A DNA stretch of 64,000 nucleotides. Source: Azolla caroliniana (taxonomy: Eukaryota > Plantae > Polypodiophyta). Position numbers and translations under genes: made by a program. Of the stretch, positions 53,601 to 63,885 are shown piece by piece. Within the stretch, counting starts at the first letter, position 1. Each line of letters begins with the position of its first letter. The notes under the pieces are model-generated. The model was not told the origin of the DNA, ran no database searches, and was given only the letters and a program-made list of their open reading frames with translations. The DNA is taken from the NCBI GenBank assembly GCA_043228905.1, contig JBHGNT010000005.1:20894001-20958000 (forward strand), read 5' to 3'.

Positions 53601-53718
53601 AGATATGACACCCCCGGACCAAACTCAAACCCCCGCATCGACAGTCCAACCAGACCACCCTGCCACCACCCAGGACCCCGAAAACATCCTCGACATCTTA
53701 AAAGAGGATCACGCCTAA
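50656..53718 (+). pseudogene. Extra sense ORF of Gypsy D (~1020 codons): N-terminal globular domain, Pro-rich linker, long coiled coil
   Basis: ORF-track pieces 50347, 51121, 51802, 52699 and 53341 are all in one frame, broken only by TAG/TGA stops. ATG at 50656, TAA at 53716-18. Confidence 0.8.
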
Positions 53719-53755
53719 AAGGCAATTTTTGTAATATTGTTAGTATTTTTGTAAG

Positions 53756-53797
53756 TTGTGGGTCCGACGGACAAGGTCCTATCCCACGGGCGTGCCA
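53756..53797 (+). other. tRNA-Arg 3'-end-like sequence ending in CCA, at the PPT position of Gypsy D
   Basis: TTGTGGGTCCGA-14nt-TCCCACGGGCGTGCCA, 2 nt before the 3' LTR. The last 11 nt are the exact reverse complement of the PBS. Confidence 0.75.
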
Positions 53798-54545
53798 GGT
53801 GTTGTCCAGAGGACAGAAATGTAAAATTAGGAAATTAGCAAACGCCGAGTCCGAGTATCACGGGCCACCGACGGCTCGGCTGTGTATTAGGGGAAACGTT
53901 ATTTATGTTGGGATTACGGTCCCTTCGGATGGGATGGTCGGATGTCGGAGATGAATGCCGACGAGCCCGGTTTCGGTTTCGGAACCGGATGATGAAGACC
54001 CCGGCTTCGGAGCCGGATGACGAATGTACCCGGAGAGCGATCCGGATGCAGGGACATATCCGTGAATATGTTTGCTATGGGCCCCTGAGGCTATAGTTGT
54101 AAATAGCCCCAAAGTCATATATGTATAAATATGACTTAGGGCAAACTGTTTTAGTGTGGCTGATCATTTTTCTGTTTTTCCACTCAAGAGGAGTGAAGAG
54201 GAAGCAGCCGTGAGAGAGAGAGAGAGATAGAGCGTGAGAGAAGAAGAGGACGACGCCTCTGTGTATTTCCGCCGCCTGTGGCGAGGACAGCGAGCTCAAG
54301 GTCGTCGCCTTGCAGCTCGCCATTGTATACTTCTCTTTGTATAGTGTTGGTTTGGAGTCTTGTACTCCCGTGGTTTTTCCCATCTAGGGTTTTCCACGTT
54401 AATCCCTGTGTATTCGTGTGTTCCTCTCTGTGATTCCTATTTTCTGCTGCATTGATTCGCAATTACTTGGTTGTGGCCGAGTGGTGAAGGTGAATCGAAG
54501 CGTCGATTCTCAACAAACTGGTATCAGAGCGAGGTTCTGCAGAAA

Positions 54546-55355
54546 ATGGAAGGCGGCGGCAGCGGGCATCCGGGGATGATGGTGCTGAATGCGCAGAATT
54601 ACGCCGACTGGAAGATCAAGATGGAGGATCTTCTGATTGTTCGGGACCTGTACGAACCGATTGACAGGTCGGAAATACCGAAGGGGGTACTTGAGTCGGA
54701 ATGGAGGCTTCTGAACCGGAAAGCCGTTGCAACCATTCGGCAATACGTCGACGTGAGCGTTCTACAACATGTGGCGAACGACACCAACGCATATGAGATG
54801 TGGCGGAAGCTGTCGGGCCTCTATGAGAGGAAGAATGCGTTGAACCGGACCTCCCTGATGAGGAAGATAGTGAATCTCAAGTACCGGGACGACGAGAGTA
54901 TGGTGGAACACGTAAGCACGTTCATGGGATTCGTGAATCAGCTTGCGGCGATCAAGTTCCTGTTGGAGGATGCAATGCAAGCCATCATCCTGATGTGTAC
55001 ATTGCCGGAAAGCTGGGAGAACTTGGTGGTGACTCTCAGCACCTCCTGCACCGAAGATAACTTGTCCTTACAAACGGTAAAGACAAGTATTTTGAACGAA
55101 GAAGCGCGTCGGAAAGATAAAGAACCGGCCTCCGACTCGAAGGCGCTGCTTACCGAATCGGATCGGGGAAGACAATGGAACCGGAGTCCGCAAAGACGGG
55201 AGAAGTCGGGGACCCGGTCGCAGTCAAGAGGAAGGCCCACATGCTTCCACTGTGGGAAGCCGGGGCACTTCCGAAAGAATTGTCGGCATTACCGAAAAGA
55301 CAACGGAGCCGACGACACCGATTCGAAGAAGTCACCGGAGAGAAACGGTGCATAA
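54546..55355 (+). CDS. gag: Copia F Gag (UBN2-type domain + CCHC knuckle)
   Basis: NYADWKIKMEDLL, LPESWE and CFHCGKPGHFRKNC; ends in TAA at 55353-55. Confidence 0.9.
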   Translation: MEGGGSGHPGMMVLNAQNYADWKIKMEDLLIVRDLYEPIDRSEIPKGVLESEWRLLNRKAVATIRQYVDVSVLQHVANDTNAYEMWRKLSGLYERKNALNRTSLMRKIVNLKYRDDESMVEHVSTFMGFVNQLAAIKFLLEDAMQAIILMCTLPESWENLVVTLSTSCTEDNLSLQTVKTSILNEEARRKDKEPASDSKALLTESDRGRQWNRSPQRREKSGTRSQSRGRPTCFHCGKPGHFRKNCRHYRKDNGADDTDSKKSPERNGA

Positions 55356-58300
55356 CGGGGAGCCACGGACTGGAGAGGTTCGGATCGGCGAGGGCAGGAC
55401 TGGAAAGGAACAACGGCACTCACGGCAAGTGAGGAAGAAATCATGCTCATCACCGAAGAAGGTGAACTAAACATTGCCGGCGATGAGACGACCTGGGTGG
55501 TCGATTCCGGAGCATCGTTCCACCTGACCCCGGAGAGAAGATACTTCTCATCCTACACAGCCGGTGAGCATGGCTGTGTTCGGATGGGAAATGAAGGTAC
55601 GTGCCGGATTGCCGGCATAGGAGACGTGTGGTTGACAACCCCGACCGGATGCAAAATGCTGCTGAAGGATGTCCGACATGTTCCGGAGGTTCGATTGAAC
55701 CTGATTTCGGCCGGGAGGCTAGACGATGAAGGCTACACAGGTAGCATCCGGAACGGCGTAATGAAGTTCAGCAAGGGGAGCCTGATAGTGGCTCGGGCCC
55801 GGAAAGACAACACATTGTACCTGATGAATGCCCGGTTATGTCCTGAAGAGCTGAATGTGGCAGCCGACACTGCCGGTGAGCTGTGGCACAAAAGACTGTG
55901 TCACATGAGTGAGAAGGGGATGAAGAGGCTTGCAGAAGACAACCTTATTCCAGTGAAGCATGTGCACCTGGAGAAGTGCACCGATTGCCTGGCCGGTAAG
56001 CAGAACCGAACCTCCTTCCACTCAAGGCCACCGACGAGACGTAGCGCACCATTGGAGTTGGTGCACACTGATGTGTGTCAGGTAGAAACGAAGTCACATG
56101 GCGGAGCCCAGTACTTCGTAACATTCATTGATGATCACAGCCGGAAGCTGTGGACAGCACCGCTGAAGACAAAGGACCAAGTGTTGTGCGTCTTCAAAGA
56201 ACTCCACGCGAGAGTGGAAAGGGAATCCGGCAAGAAGCTGAAAGCGATACGAGCGGATAACGGAGGGGAATACCGGGGGCAGTTCCAGGAGTACTGTCGC
56301 TCGAAGGGAATCCGGCTCGAGTTTACTGTGCCGAAGACGCCGGAACTAAACGGGCTGGCCGAGAGGATGAACCGGACCATAATGGAGAGGGTCCGGAGTA
56401 TGTTGGCGCATGCGAAATTACCCAAGGGGTTTTGGGCTGAGGCAATGTCGACGGCGACATACGTGATAAACAGATCACCCTCAGTACCTTTGGACGGAGA
56501 CACGCCGCAGAAAGTGTGGACCGGTAAGGAAGTGTCCTACCGGCATCTGAAGGTGTTCGGGTGTCTCGCATACGTGCATGTGGCAAAGGACCGGAGAGGA
56601 AAGCTAGATCCAAAGACCCGGCCATGCATATTCCTCGGTTACGGCGACGACGAGTTCGGCTACCGAGTATGGGACCTGGTCGACAAGAAGATATTCAGGA
56701 GTCGAGACATCATCTTCATGGAGGACAAGACACTCGCCGACTGGGAATCGGAGAAGAAGATGAAGAGCTCCAAGTCGACCGGTGAGGATCAACTCTACGA
56801 GGAGCAGTCCCGACCGGCAAGGGACCGGTTAGCACTCGAGGATCCGGCCGAAGACGGTGAAGAAACAGAACCGGCCGAAGAAGATGAAAATGATGCCGGA
56901 ACCGGCCCCGATCCCGAAATGGATTCGGATGAAGAAGAATCGGAAGAACCGGTTACCGAAGCTCCGGAACGGAGATATCCTCTAAGAGAGAGAAGGGCCC
57001 CCCGGAGATTTCCGGAACCAGAGCACGTGCTGCTAACCGACGAGGGGGAGCCGGAGAGCTTTGAAGAAGCAAAACATGACACCCAGAGCCGCAGGTGGTT
57101 GAGTGCCATGCAGGACGAGATGGATTCCCTGCATGAGAACCACACATATGAACTTGTGGAGTTGCCGAAAGGAAAGCGGGCACTTCGAAACAAGTGGGTG
57201 TTCAAGCTGAAACCGGGAGATGCCGGAAACCCCCCGAGATACAAAGCCAGGATCGTGGTGAAGGGGTTTCAGCAGAAGAAGGGCGTCGACTTCGACGAGA
57301 TATTTGCCCCGGTAGTGAAGATGACCTCCATCCGGACGGTGCTGAGCATAGCGGCAAGCATGGACCTCGAGGTAGAACAGATGGACGTGAAGACGGCATT
57401 CCTTCACGGTGACCTCGATGAAGAGATCTACATGCAGCAACCGGAAGGATTCGAGAAGAAAGGGAAGGAGCACCTGGTATGCCGGTTGAAGAAGAGCCTT
57501 TACGGACTGAAGCAGGCTCCCCGGCAATGGTACCGGAAGTTCGACTCCTTCATGACCGACGAAGGGTACCTCAAAACGCAGTCCGACCACTGCGTGTTTG
57601 TGAAGAAGTTCGAAGGAGGAGACTTTCTAATACTCCTCCTGTACGTGGACGACATGTTGATCGTCGGACGGGACCAGGTCAAGATACGGATGCTGAAGAA
57701 GGCTCTTCACCGAACCTTCTCAATGAAGGACCTGGGTCCGGCGAGGCAAATACTAGGGATGCACATCATCCGGGACCGGAAGAAGAAGCAGTTGTGGCTG
57801 TCACAGGAGAAGTACGTGACGAAGGTGCTTCACCGGTTCAACATGTCAGAAGCAAGACCGGTCGGATCGACCCTCCCGGCAAACTGCAAGCTGTCCAGCA
57901 AGCAAAGTCCCAAGACAAAGGCTGAAAAGGAGGATATGATGAAAGTGCCGTATGCCTCAGCCGTCGGGAGCTTGATGTACGCCATGGTGTGTACGAGACC
58001 GGACATAGGATATGCAGTCGGAGTGGTGAGCCGGTACATGAGCAATCCCGGCAAAGAGCATTGGAACGCGGCCAAGTGGATAGTCCGATACCTGAAAGGC
58101 ACGGCAAACGTGTGCCTCCGATTCAGCTCCGGTAAGCCCGAACTCGACGGCTTCACCGATTCGGATATGTCGGCTGATGTAGATACCAGCCGGTCCACAT
58201 CAGGGTATGTGATGACGTATGCAGGGGGAGCCGTTTCGTGGCAGTCGAGGCTGCAGAAGACGGTTGCGTTGTCAACCACGGAGGCGGAGTACATGGCAGC

Positions 58301-58619
58301 TGTTGAAGCCGGCAAGGAAATAATATGGATGAAGGACTTCATTAGAGAGCTCGGTATCCGGCAGGAGGAGTACCGACTCTACTGCGACAGTCAGAGTGCA
58401 ATCCACCTTGCGAAGAACGCGGCCTATCACTCCCGGACGAAGCACATCCAGCGAAGATATCACTGGATCCGGGAAAGGATAGAAGACAAGGAGTTCGTGC
58501 TGACAAAGATCCACACGGACGAGAACGGGTCGGATATGCTGACCAAGGTGCTCACACCCGACAAGCTGGAAGCATGCCGGAAGAGGATCGGATTGGAAAG
58601 ACATCCCATGCCGAAGTGA
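55356..58619 (+). CDS. pol: Copia F Pol (PR-INT-RT-RH), uninterrupted and in frame with gag
   Basis: WVVDSGAS, WHKRLCH..C..C, HTDVC, RADNGGEY, MDVKTAFLHG, LYVDD, DSD and HSRTKHI; open from 55356 to TGA 58619. Confidence 0.95.
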   Translation, partial: RGATDWRGSDRRGQDWKGTTALTASEEEIMLITEEGELNIAGDETTWVVDSGASFHLTPERRYFSSYTAGEHGCVRMGNEGTCRIAGIGDVWLTTPTGCKMLLKDVRHVPEVRLNLISAGRLDDEGYTGSIRNGVMKFSKGSLIVARARKDNTLYLMNARLCPEELNVAADTAGELWHKRLCHMSEKGMKRLAEDNLIPVKHVHLEKCTDCLAGKQNRTSFHSRPPTRRSAPLELVHTDVCQVETKSHGGAQYFVTFIDDHSRKLWTAPLKTKDQVLCVFKELHARVERESGKKLKAIRADNGGEYRGQFQEYCRSKGIRLEFTVPKTPELNGLAERMNRTIMERVRSMLAHAKLPKGFWAEAMSTATYVINRSPSVPLDGDTPQKVWTGKEVSYRHLKVFGCLAYVHVAKDRRGKLDPKTRPCIFLGYGDDEFGYRVWDLVDKKIFRSRDIIFMEDKTLADWESEKKMKSSKSTGEDQLYEEQSRPARDRLALEDPAEDGEETEPAEEDENDAGTGPDPEMDSDEEESEEPVTEAPERRYPLRERRAPRRFPEPEHVLLTDEGEPESFEEAKHDTQSRRWLSAMQDEMDSLHENHTYELVELPKGKRALRNKWVFKLKPGDAGNPPRYKARIVVKGFQQKKGVDFDEIFAPVVKMTSIRTVLSIAASMDLEVEQMDVKTAFLHGDLDEEIYMQQPEGFEKKGKEHLVCRLKKSLYGLKQAPRQWYRKFDSFMTDEGYLKTQSDHCVFVKKFEGGDFLILLLYVDDMLIVGRDQVKIRMLKKALHRTFSMKDLGPARQILGMHIIRDRKKKQLWLSQEKYVTKVLHRFNMSEARPVGSTLPANCKLSSKQSPKTKAEKEDMMKVPYASAVGSLMYAMVCTRPDIGYAVGVVSRYMSNPGKEHWNAAKWIVRYLKGTANVCLRFSSGKPELDGFTDSDMSADVDTSRSTSGYVMTYAGGAVSWQSRLQKTVALSTTEAEYMAAVEAGKEIIWMKDFIRELGIRQEEYRLYCDSQSAIHLAKNAAYHSRTKHIQRRYHWIRERIEDKEFVLTKIHTDENGSDMLTKVLTPDKLEACRKRIGLERHPMPK

Positions 58620-60844
58620 AGGGGGAGTTTGTTGGGATTACGGTCCCTTCGGATGGGATGGTCGGATGTCGGAGATGAATGCCGACGAGCCCGGTTTCGG
58701 TTTCGGAACCGGATGATGAAGACCCCGGCTTCGGAGCCGGATGACGAATGTACCCGGAGAGCGATCCGGATGCAGGGACATATCCGTGAATATGTTTGCT
58801 ATGGGCCCCTGAGGCTATAGTTGTAAATAGCCCCAAAGTCATATATGTATAAATATGACTTAGGGCAAACTGTTTTAGTGTGGCTGATCATTTTTCTGTT
58901 TTTCCACTCAAGAGGAGTGAAGAGGAAGCAGCCGTGAGAGAGAGAGAGAGATAGAGCGTGAGAGAAGAAGAGGACGACGCCTCTGTGTATTTCCGCCGCC
59001 TGTGGCGAGGACAGCGAGCTCAAGGTCGTCGCCTTGCAGCTCGCCATTGTATACTTCTCTTTGTATAGTGTTGGTTTGGAGTCTTGTACTCCCGTGGTTT
59101 TTCCCATCTAGGGTTTTCCACGTTAATCCCTGTGTATTCGTGTGTTCCTCTCTGTGATTCCTATTTTCTGCTGCATTGATTCGCAATTACTTGGTTGTGG
59201 CCGAGTGGTGAAGGTGAATCGAAGCGTCGATTCTCAACAATTTAAAGGAGGACCAGTACCTCAGAGGGGGAGAGAGAAGAAAAATATAGGCGGAAGCACT
59301 AGCTTAGTCCCTCGTAACTAGATAATCTTGTAAGGTCATTGGCCGTAGGCCGTGTTCTGTAATCTTTTTTTTTGTCGCAGTAATATATCTTATTTGTGCC
59401 CATTTTGCTCCATGTGTCGGTGCTTGGATTTATACCTATGATTTCAGCGCCGCCCACGCCTATCAAGATCTCGCTAGTGTTATATCTCTGATCATTGTCT
59501 CTCTCACGACGCCTCTGTTACGAGCCTTCACGTACCACCCCCTTGAATACCGATAGCTGCAGATCTATCGAAGGTGTTCACCCAAAGGAACGGGTAACAC
59601 ATACAGCTCGCTAAGAACCCCATCTTCCATGCTCGCACAAAGCACATGGAAGTGCACTACCACTTTGTGCATGAGCGTGTCCTGAGCGGTGAAATCGAAC
59701 TTCGGTATGTTCATACGGATCGGCAAGTTGCCGACATCTTCACTAAACCGCTCGGATCGGACAAGTTGTAGCACTTCACCGAAATGCTTGGTGTTTAGCA
59801 TCTCAACGTGCCACACTTGAGGGGGAGAATGGGCAAAGACACCACCAGAATAGGCAAAGGCAAAGAGACTGCCGATTGCGCTGGTGGGGAAAGAACCGAC
59901 AAGGGGAGAGACAGGAAGAAGAAATGAGCCGAGTCGACAAAGGAAGTTGACACATCCGAACAAGTCGGAACAAACGGCAATGGAGGCAGAGTCAAGAAGG
60001 ACAGAGCCGACCGGAAGAAGAAGGCCAAGACCCGGACATGGTCCGATGTGGTGAAGGGCCTGGAACTAGAAGACGAATCGGGACAACTGATTTGGACAAG
60101 AGCTGGAACAAATCGAAGACAACCGATTCGGTTCTACAGAAGGATTTGGAAGAACCGGATCAATTCAAGGCCAAGAGGACAAGAAGGCAGCAAAAGTTGA
60201 CGCCAACACGAAGGGATCGGCGAATCGGCAAAAGCCAAAGTCACAACAGCGAGGGAGCTGAATTGGGCCTGTTGAGCAGACAAGCCGACCAAGGAAGTCG
60301 AGGCGTGCAGGAACAGAAGGGTCGCGGCAAACAGGACCGGACCAGACGAGGAGCGCGAGCAAGGCGAAGTGACGACAGAAGGAGCCAGGTGGAAGGACCG
60401 GTTGCCATAGAGACTGACACTACGATCCGACCCCAAGTTGAGCTTGAGGGGGAGTGTTGAGCGGCAAGTTCAACCGGATCCGGATTGGCTGAATAAGCCT
60501 GAGCCGGATCAGCATCCAAAAGGATGACCGGTGAGCTGTGGAGCCGGTTAGCTGGATCAAGCAGTAACTGGAAGCCAAATAGCAACTAGTCTACTAGGGA
60601 GTTAATATCTCGTAGTTAGTGTCAGATGCTCGTGTGAGCATTGAAGTACACCGTACTTCTGTCAGTCCGAATGGACTTGTATAAAAGTGTTCACTGAATA
60701 CGTATGGTGTATAGACTGAGTAGTATTTTTTGAATTGAGTTTCTGTGTGCTCTCTCTCTATCTCTCCCGCGTACTGTTAAGCTCTCCATTAAACCTGTTT
60801 TTTGTTTTCTATTTCTTTCGCACACTATTTGTTTCTACAAACTG

Positions 60845-63800
60845 CTTCTTTAATTCTTCAATATCCGACATATTTTTAGCTGCAATCAACATGTAATCAA
60901 CATAAAGAAGCAGATAGATAAATAAACCATCATGAGTCTTCCTGAAATAGACACAATTGTCATAACTGCTTCTTGAGTATCCGCTGCAAACCATAAAGGA
61001 ATCAAATCACTTGTATCACTGTCTTGAAGACTGTTTTAAACCGTATAACGATTTCTTCAATAGGCAAACATGATCTTCTTTTCCTTCAACAACAAACCCT
61101 TCTGGTTGTTGCATGTAAATGTCTTCTTGAAGTTCACCATGCAAAAATGCGCTTTTTTACATTAAAGTTGTTCACCAAATCATGCATAGCAACTAATGCA
61201 AGCAAGACACAAATAGAACTATGTTTCACAACAGGTGAGAAAATATCATTAAAATCAACACCTGGTACCTGACTGTAGCCTTTAGTTACTAACCGTGCCT
61301 TGTACCTTGCTTTCTCCACTCCAAGAATTCCTACCTTTATTTTGAAGATCCATTTACAGCCAACAATCCTTTTTCTAGCTAGCGGCTTCACAAGTACCCA
61401 AGTTTTGTTTTTATAAAGAGACTCAATTTCTTCTTGCATAGAAAACAACCACTTGGTGGAGTCAACAGAAGAAACGGTTTTAGAGTAAGAAGCTGGCTCA
61501 CCTATAGAATTTGTTTCTTCTCCAACTGATAAAGCATATGCAACAATATCAGCATATCTCTGTGGTGGTCTAATTTCTCTTCTTGTTCTATCTCTTGCGA
61601 TACTTCGTTCTTCCTCAAGAGGTGCTTCTTCTACGACATTAGGCTCCTCTTCTACAGATTCAGGAGCAGGTGTTTCAGCCATCACTGGTGGACTTGGAAC
61701 TTCAAGCTCCACCTGCTTTGATGTACTTCCTGTCTTATATGTATCAGAAGAAAACACAGGCTCCTTTCGAGGATTTAGTAGAGCAGATTCATCAAAAGTA
61801 ACATTTCTACTAATTACGAATTTAGGTGACTTAAGATCAGGACACCACAACCTATATCCTTTCACTCCAGAAGCATAACCAAGAAAAATACATTTTCTAG
61901 CTCGAGGCTCCAATTTTCCTTCACTAAAATGCATATAAGCAGGACATCCAAATATTCTCAAATTTGAATAATTAGCAGGTTTACCAAACCATACCTCTTC
62001 AGGATTTTTAAACTCAATTGCCATTGACGGTGAACAATTCACTAGGAAACATGTTGTGGAAACTACTTCAGCCCAAAAGTGTTTGGACAACCCAGCATTG
62101 GAAAGCAGACAACGAGCCATTTCCAAAAGAGTTCTGTTCATGCGCTCAGCTATGCCATTCTGCTGCGGTGTTTTAACTACTGTGCGATGTCTGGAAATTC
62201 CTTCAGCCTCGCAAAACCTATTAAAATCTCCTCCGTAGAATTCCAAACCATTATCAGTTCGAAGTCTTCTAATCTACTTTCCCGTTTGCTTCTTGATCAG
62301 AATTTTCCACTTCTTAAAAGTATCAAACACATAACTTTTGTGTTTAAGAAAATAGACCCAGACTTTTCTTGAAAAATCATCAATAAAAGTCAAAAGATAT
62401 CAAGCTCCTACTTTTGATGGAACTGGTGTTGGTCCCCACAAATTAGAGTGAATATAATCCAAAGAACCTCTAGTCTTATGGATTCCAGTGCCAAAGCTGA
62501 GTCTCTTCTGCTTTCCAAATACACAGTGCTCACAAAAATCCATCTTTCCCGTACTTTGGCCACAAAGTAGTCCTCGTTTGCTCAATAAGGTTAAACCTTT
62601 TTCGCTCATATGCCCGAGCCTCATGTGCCATAACTTCGTAACATCAGAATCTGACATAGACGATGAAGAAACTGCTACAGAAGCCGTCACTGTCGAGCCA
62701 TGTAATACGTAAAAGCTTCCTATTTTTCTAGCCTTCATCACAACCAACGCACCTTTGCTAACTTTTAATACTCCACCTTCAGTTAAGAACTTGCACCCGT
62801 TGGCGTCAAGGGTGCCCAATGAGATGAGATTCTTCTTCAAATCAGGAACATGCCTCACATCAGTCAATGTTTTGACAATCCCATCAGCCATCTGGATCCG
62901 TACTGTTCCTATTCCAATAGTTTTGCATGGAGCATTATTCCCCATCAAAACTACTCCTCCATCAATTGACTGGTATGATGAAAACCAATCCTGATTGGGA
63001 CACATATGATAAGAACAACCAATATCCATAATCCACTCATTATTTAGCTTTATTGACTTTTCCGTCACAAGGAGCACATCAACATCGCCTCCCACTTTAG
63101 CAACAATAGCTTTACCTGCATCCTCATTTCTATCTTGTGGAGTATTCTTTTTTCTCTACAACTTATCACAATTCTTGCGAATGTGGCCTGGTTCCTTATA
63201 GTGCCAACACAGAACAGATCTACTTTTGGATTTAGATCTAGATTTAGGCCTATCTCTATTGTTCCCTTTTTGTTTAGATCTACCTCTTACATATGAACTG
63301 TGCTTGACTATCACTAGTTTGTCTAGTGATATCATGATCAATATTTTCTTTAGTTTCCAAAGAAAATTTAACATCTTTTTGAGAAATAGTATTTTTCCCA
63401 TACAACATAGTTTCTCTAAAATGTCTATATGAATGGGGTAATGAACATAACAACAACAATGCCTTATCTTCATCATCAATAGTAACATCGAGATTTTGGA
63501 AATCCATGATAATAGATTCAAACTCATCAATATGAAAACTGAGAGATGTACCTTCACTCATCCGTAGTGAATACAAGCGTTGTTTCTTATAAAGCTTGTT
63601 CGTCAGAGTCTTTTTCAGATAAAGAGACTCCAATTTTTCCCATAGTGCCTTCGTTGTCTTCTCAGACATTACCTCCCGCAAAACTTCATTTGCCAAAGAC
63701 AGTTGAATCGTTGAGTGGGCCTTCTCGTCTATATCCTCCCACTTGGTGTCCGTCATACCGTCGGGCCTTACATCTAAAGCCTTCTGAACTCCGTTCTGCA

Positions 63801-63885
63801 CAAGGATCACGCACATCCTTACTTACCAAAGAGAGAAGTTGATTTTTCGATCAAACTTCTCGACATCAAATTTTGTTGTTGACAT
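60845..63885 (-). pseudogene. Copia A gag-PR-INT-RT N-terminus
   Basis: [54 protein letters not shown] and YKARLV; multiple stops and frameshifts. Confidence 0.92.

Larger units (their letters stand above)
53906..59239 (+). mobile_element. Young, structurally intact Copia LTR retrotransposon F (Tork/Tnt1-like), inserted in the 3' LTR of D
   Basis: 610-bp LTRs at 53906-54515 and 58630-59239 with no differences seen by eye; TSD ATTTA (53901-05 / 59240-44); PBS TGGTATCAGAGC at 54519; PPT GAAGGGGGAG before 58630. Confidence 0.97.
38311..59599 (+). mobile_element. Gypsy LTR retrotransposon D (non-chromovirus, no additional RNase H; Athila/Phygy/Selgy-like) with extra 3' ORF, inserted in the RNase H of B
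   Basis: 461-bp LTRs at 38311-38771 and 53800-53905 + 59245-59599; TSD CATAC (38306-10 / 59600-04); PBS TGGCACGCCCGGT at 38777; gag-PR-RT-RH-INT order. Confidence 0.95.
33091..60839 (+). mobile_element. Copia LTR retrotransposon B, inserted in the RT of A
   Basis: LTRs 33091-33451 and 60455-60839; TSD AACTG (33086-90 / 60840-44); PBS TGGTATCA at 33452; PPT TTGAGGGGGAG at 60444-54. Decayed gag-PR-INT-RT-RH order (WYVDSGAS, HSDVWGP, LYVDD). Confidence 0.95.

Noticed and set aside
53756-53797. A real tRNA gene or hammerhead ribozyme before the D 3' LTR
   Set aside because: No D-arm, anticodon arm or A box, and no CUGAUGA/GAAA core. Kept only as a tRNA-3'-end mimic.
55348-55397. Intron ending at CAG 55397 to bypass the Copia F stop
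   Set aside because: It would be 50 nt and shift the frame. Only the AG at 55406-07 keeps the frame.
33547-60460. Numerous antisense and alternate-frame ORFs over the retrotransposons (e.g. 47464-48270, 50715-51473, 57033-57590)
   Set aside because: Shadow ORFs of GC-rich gag-pol coding sequence with no recognisable motifs.
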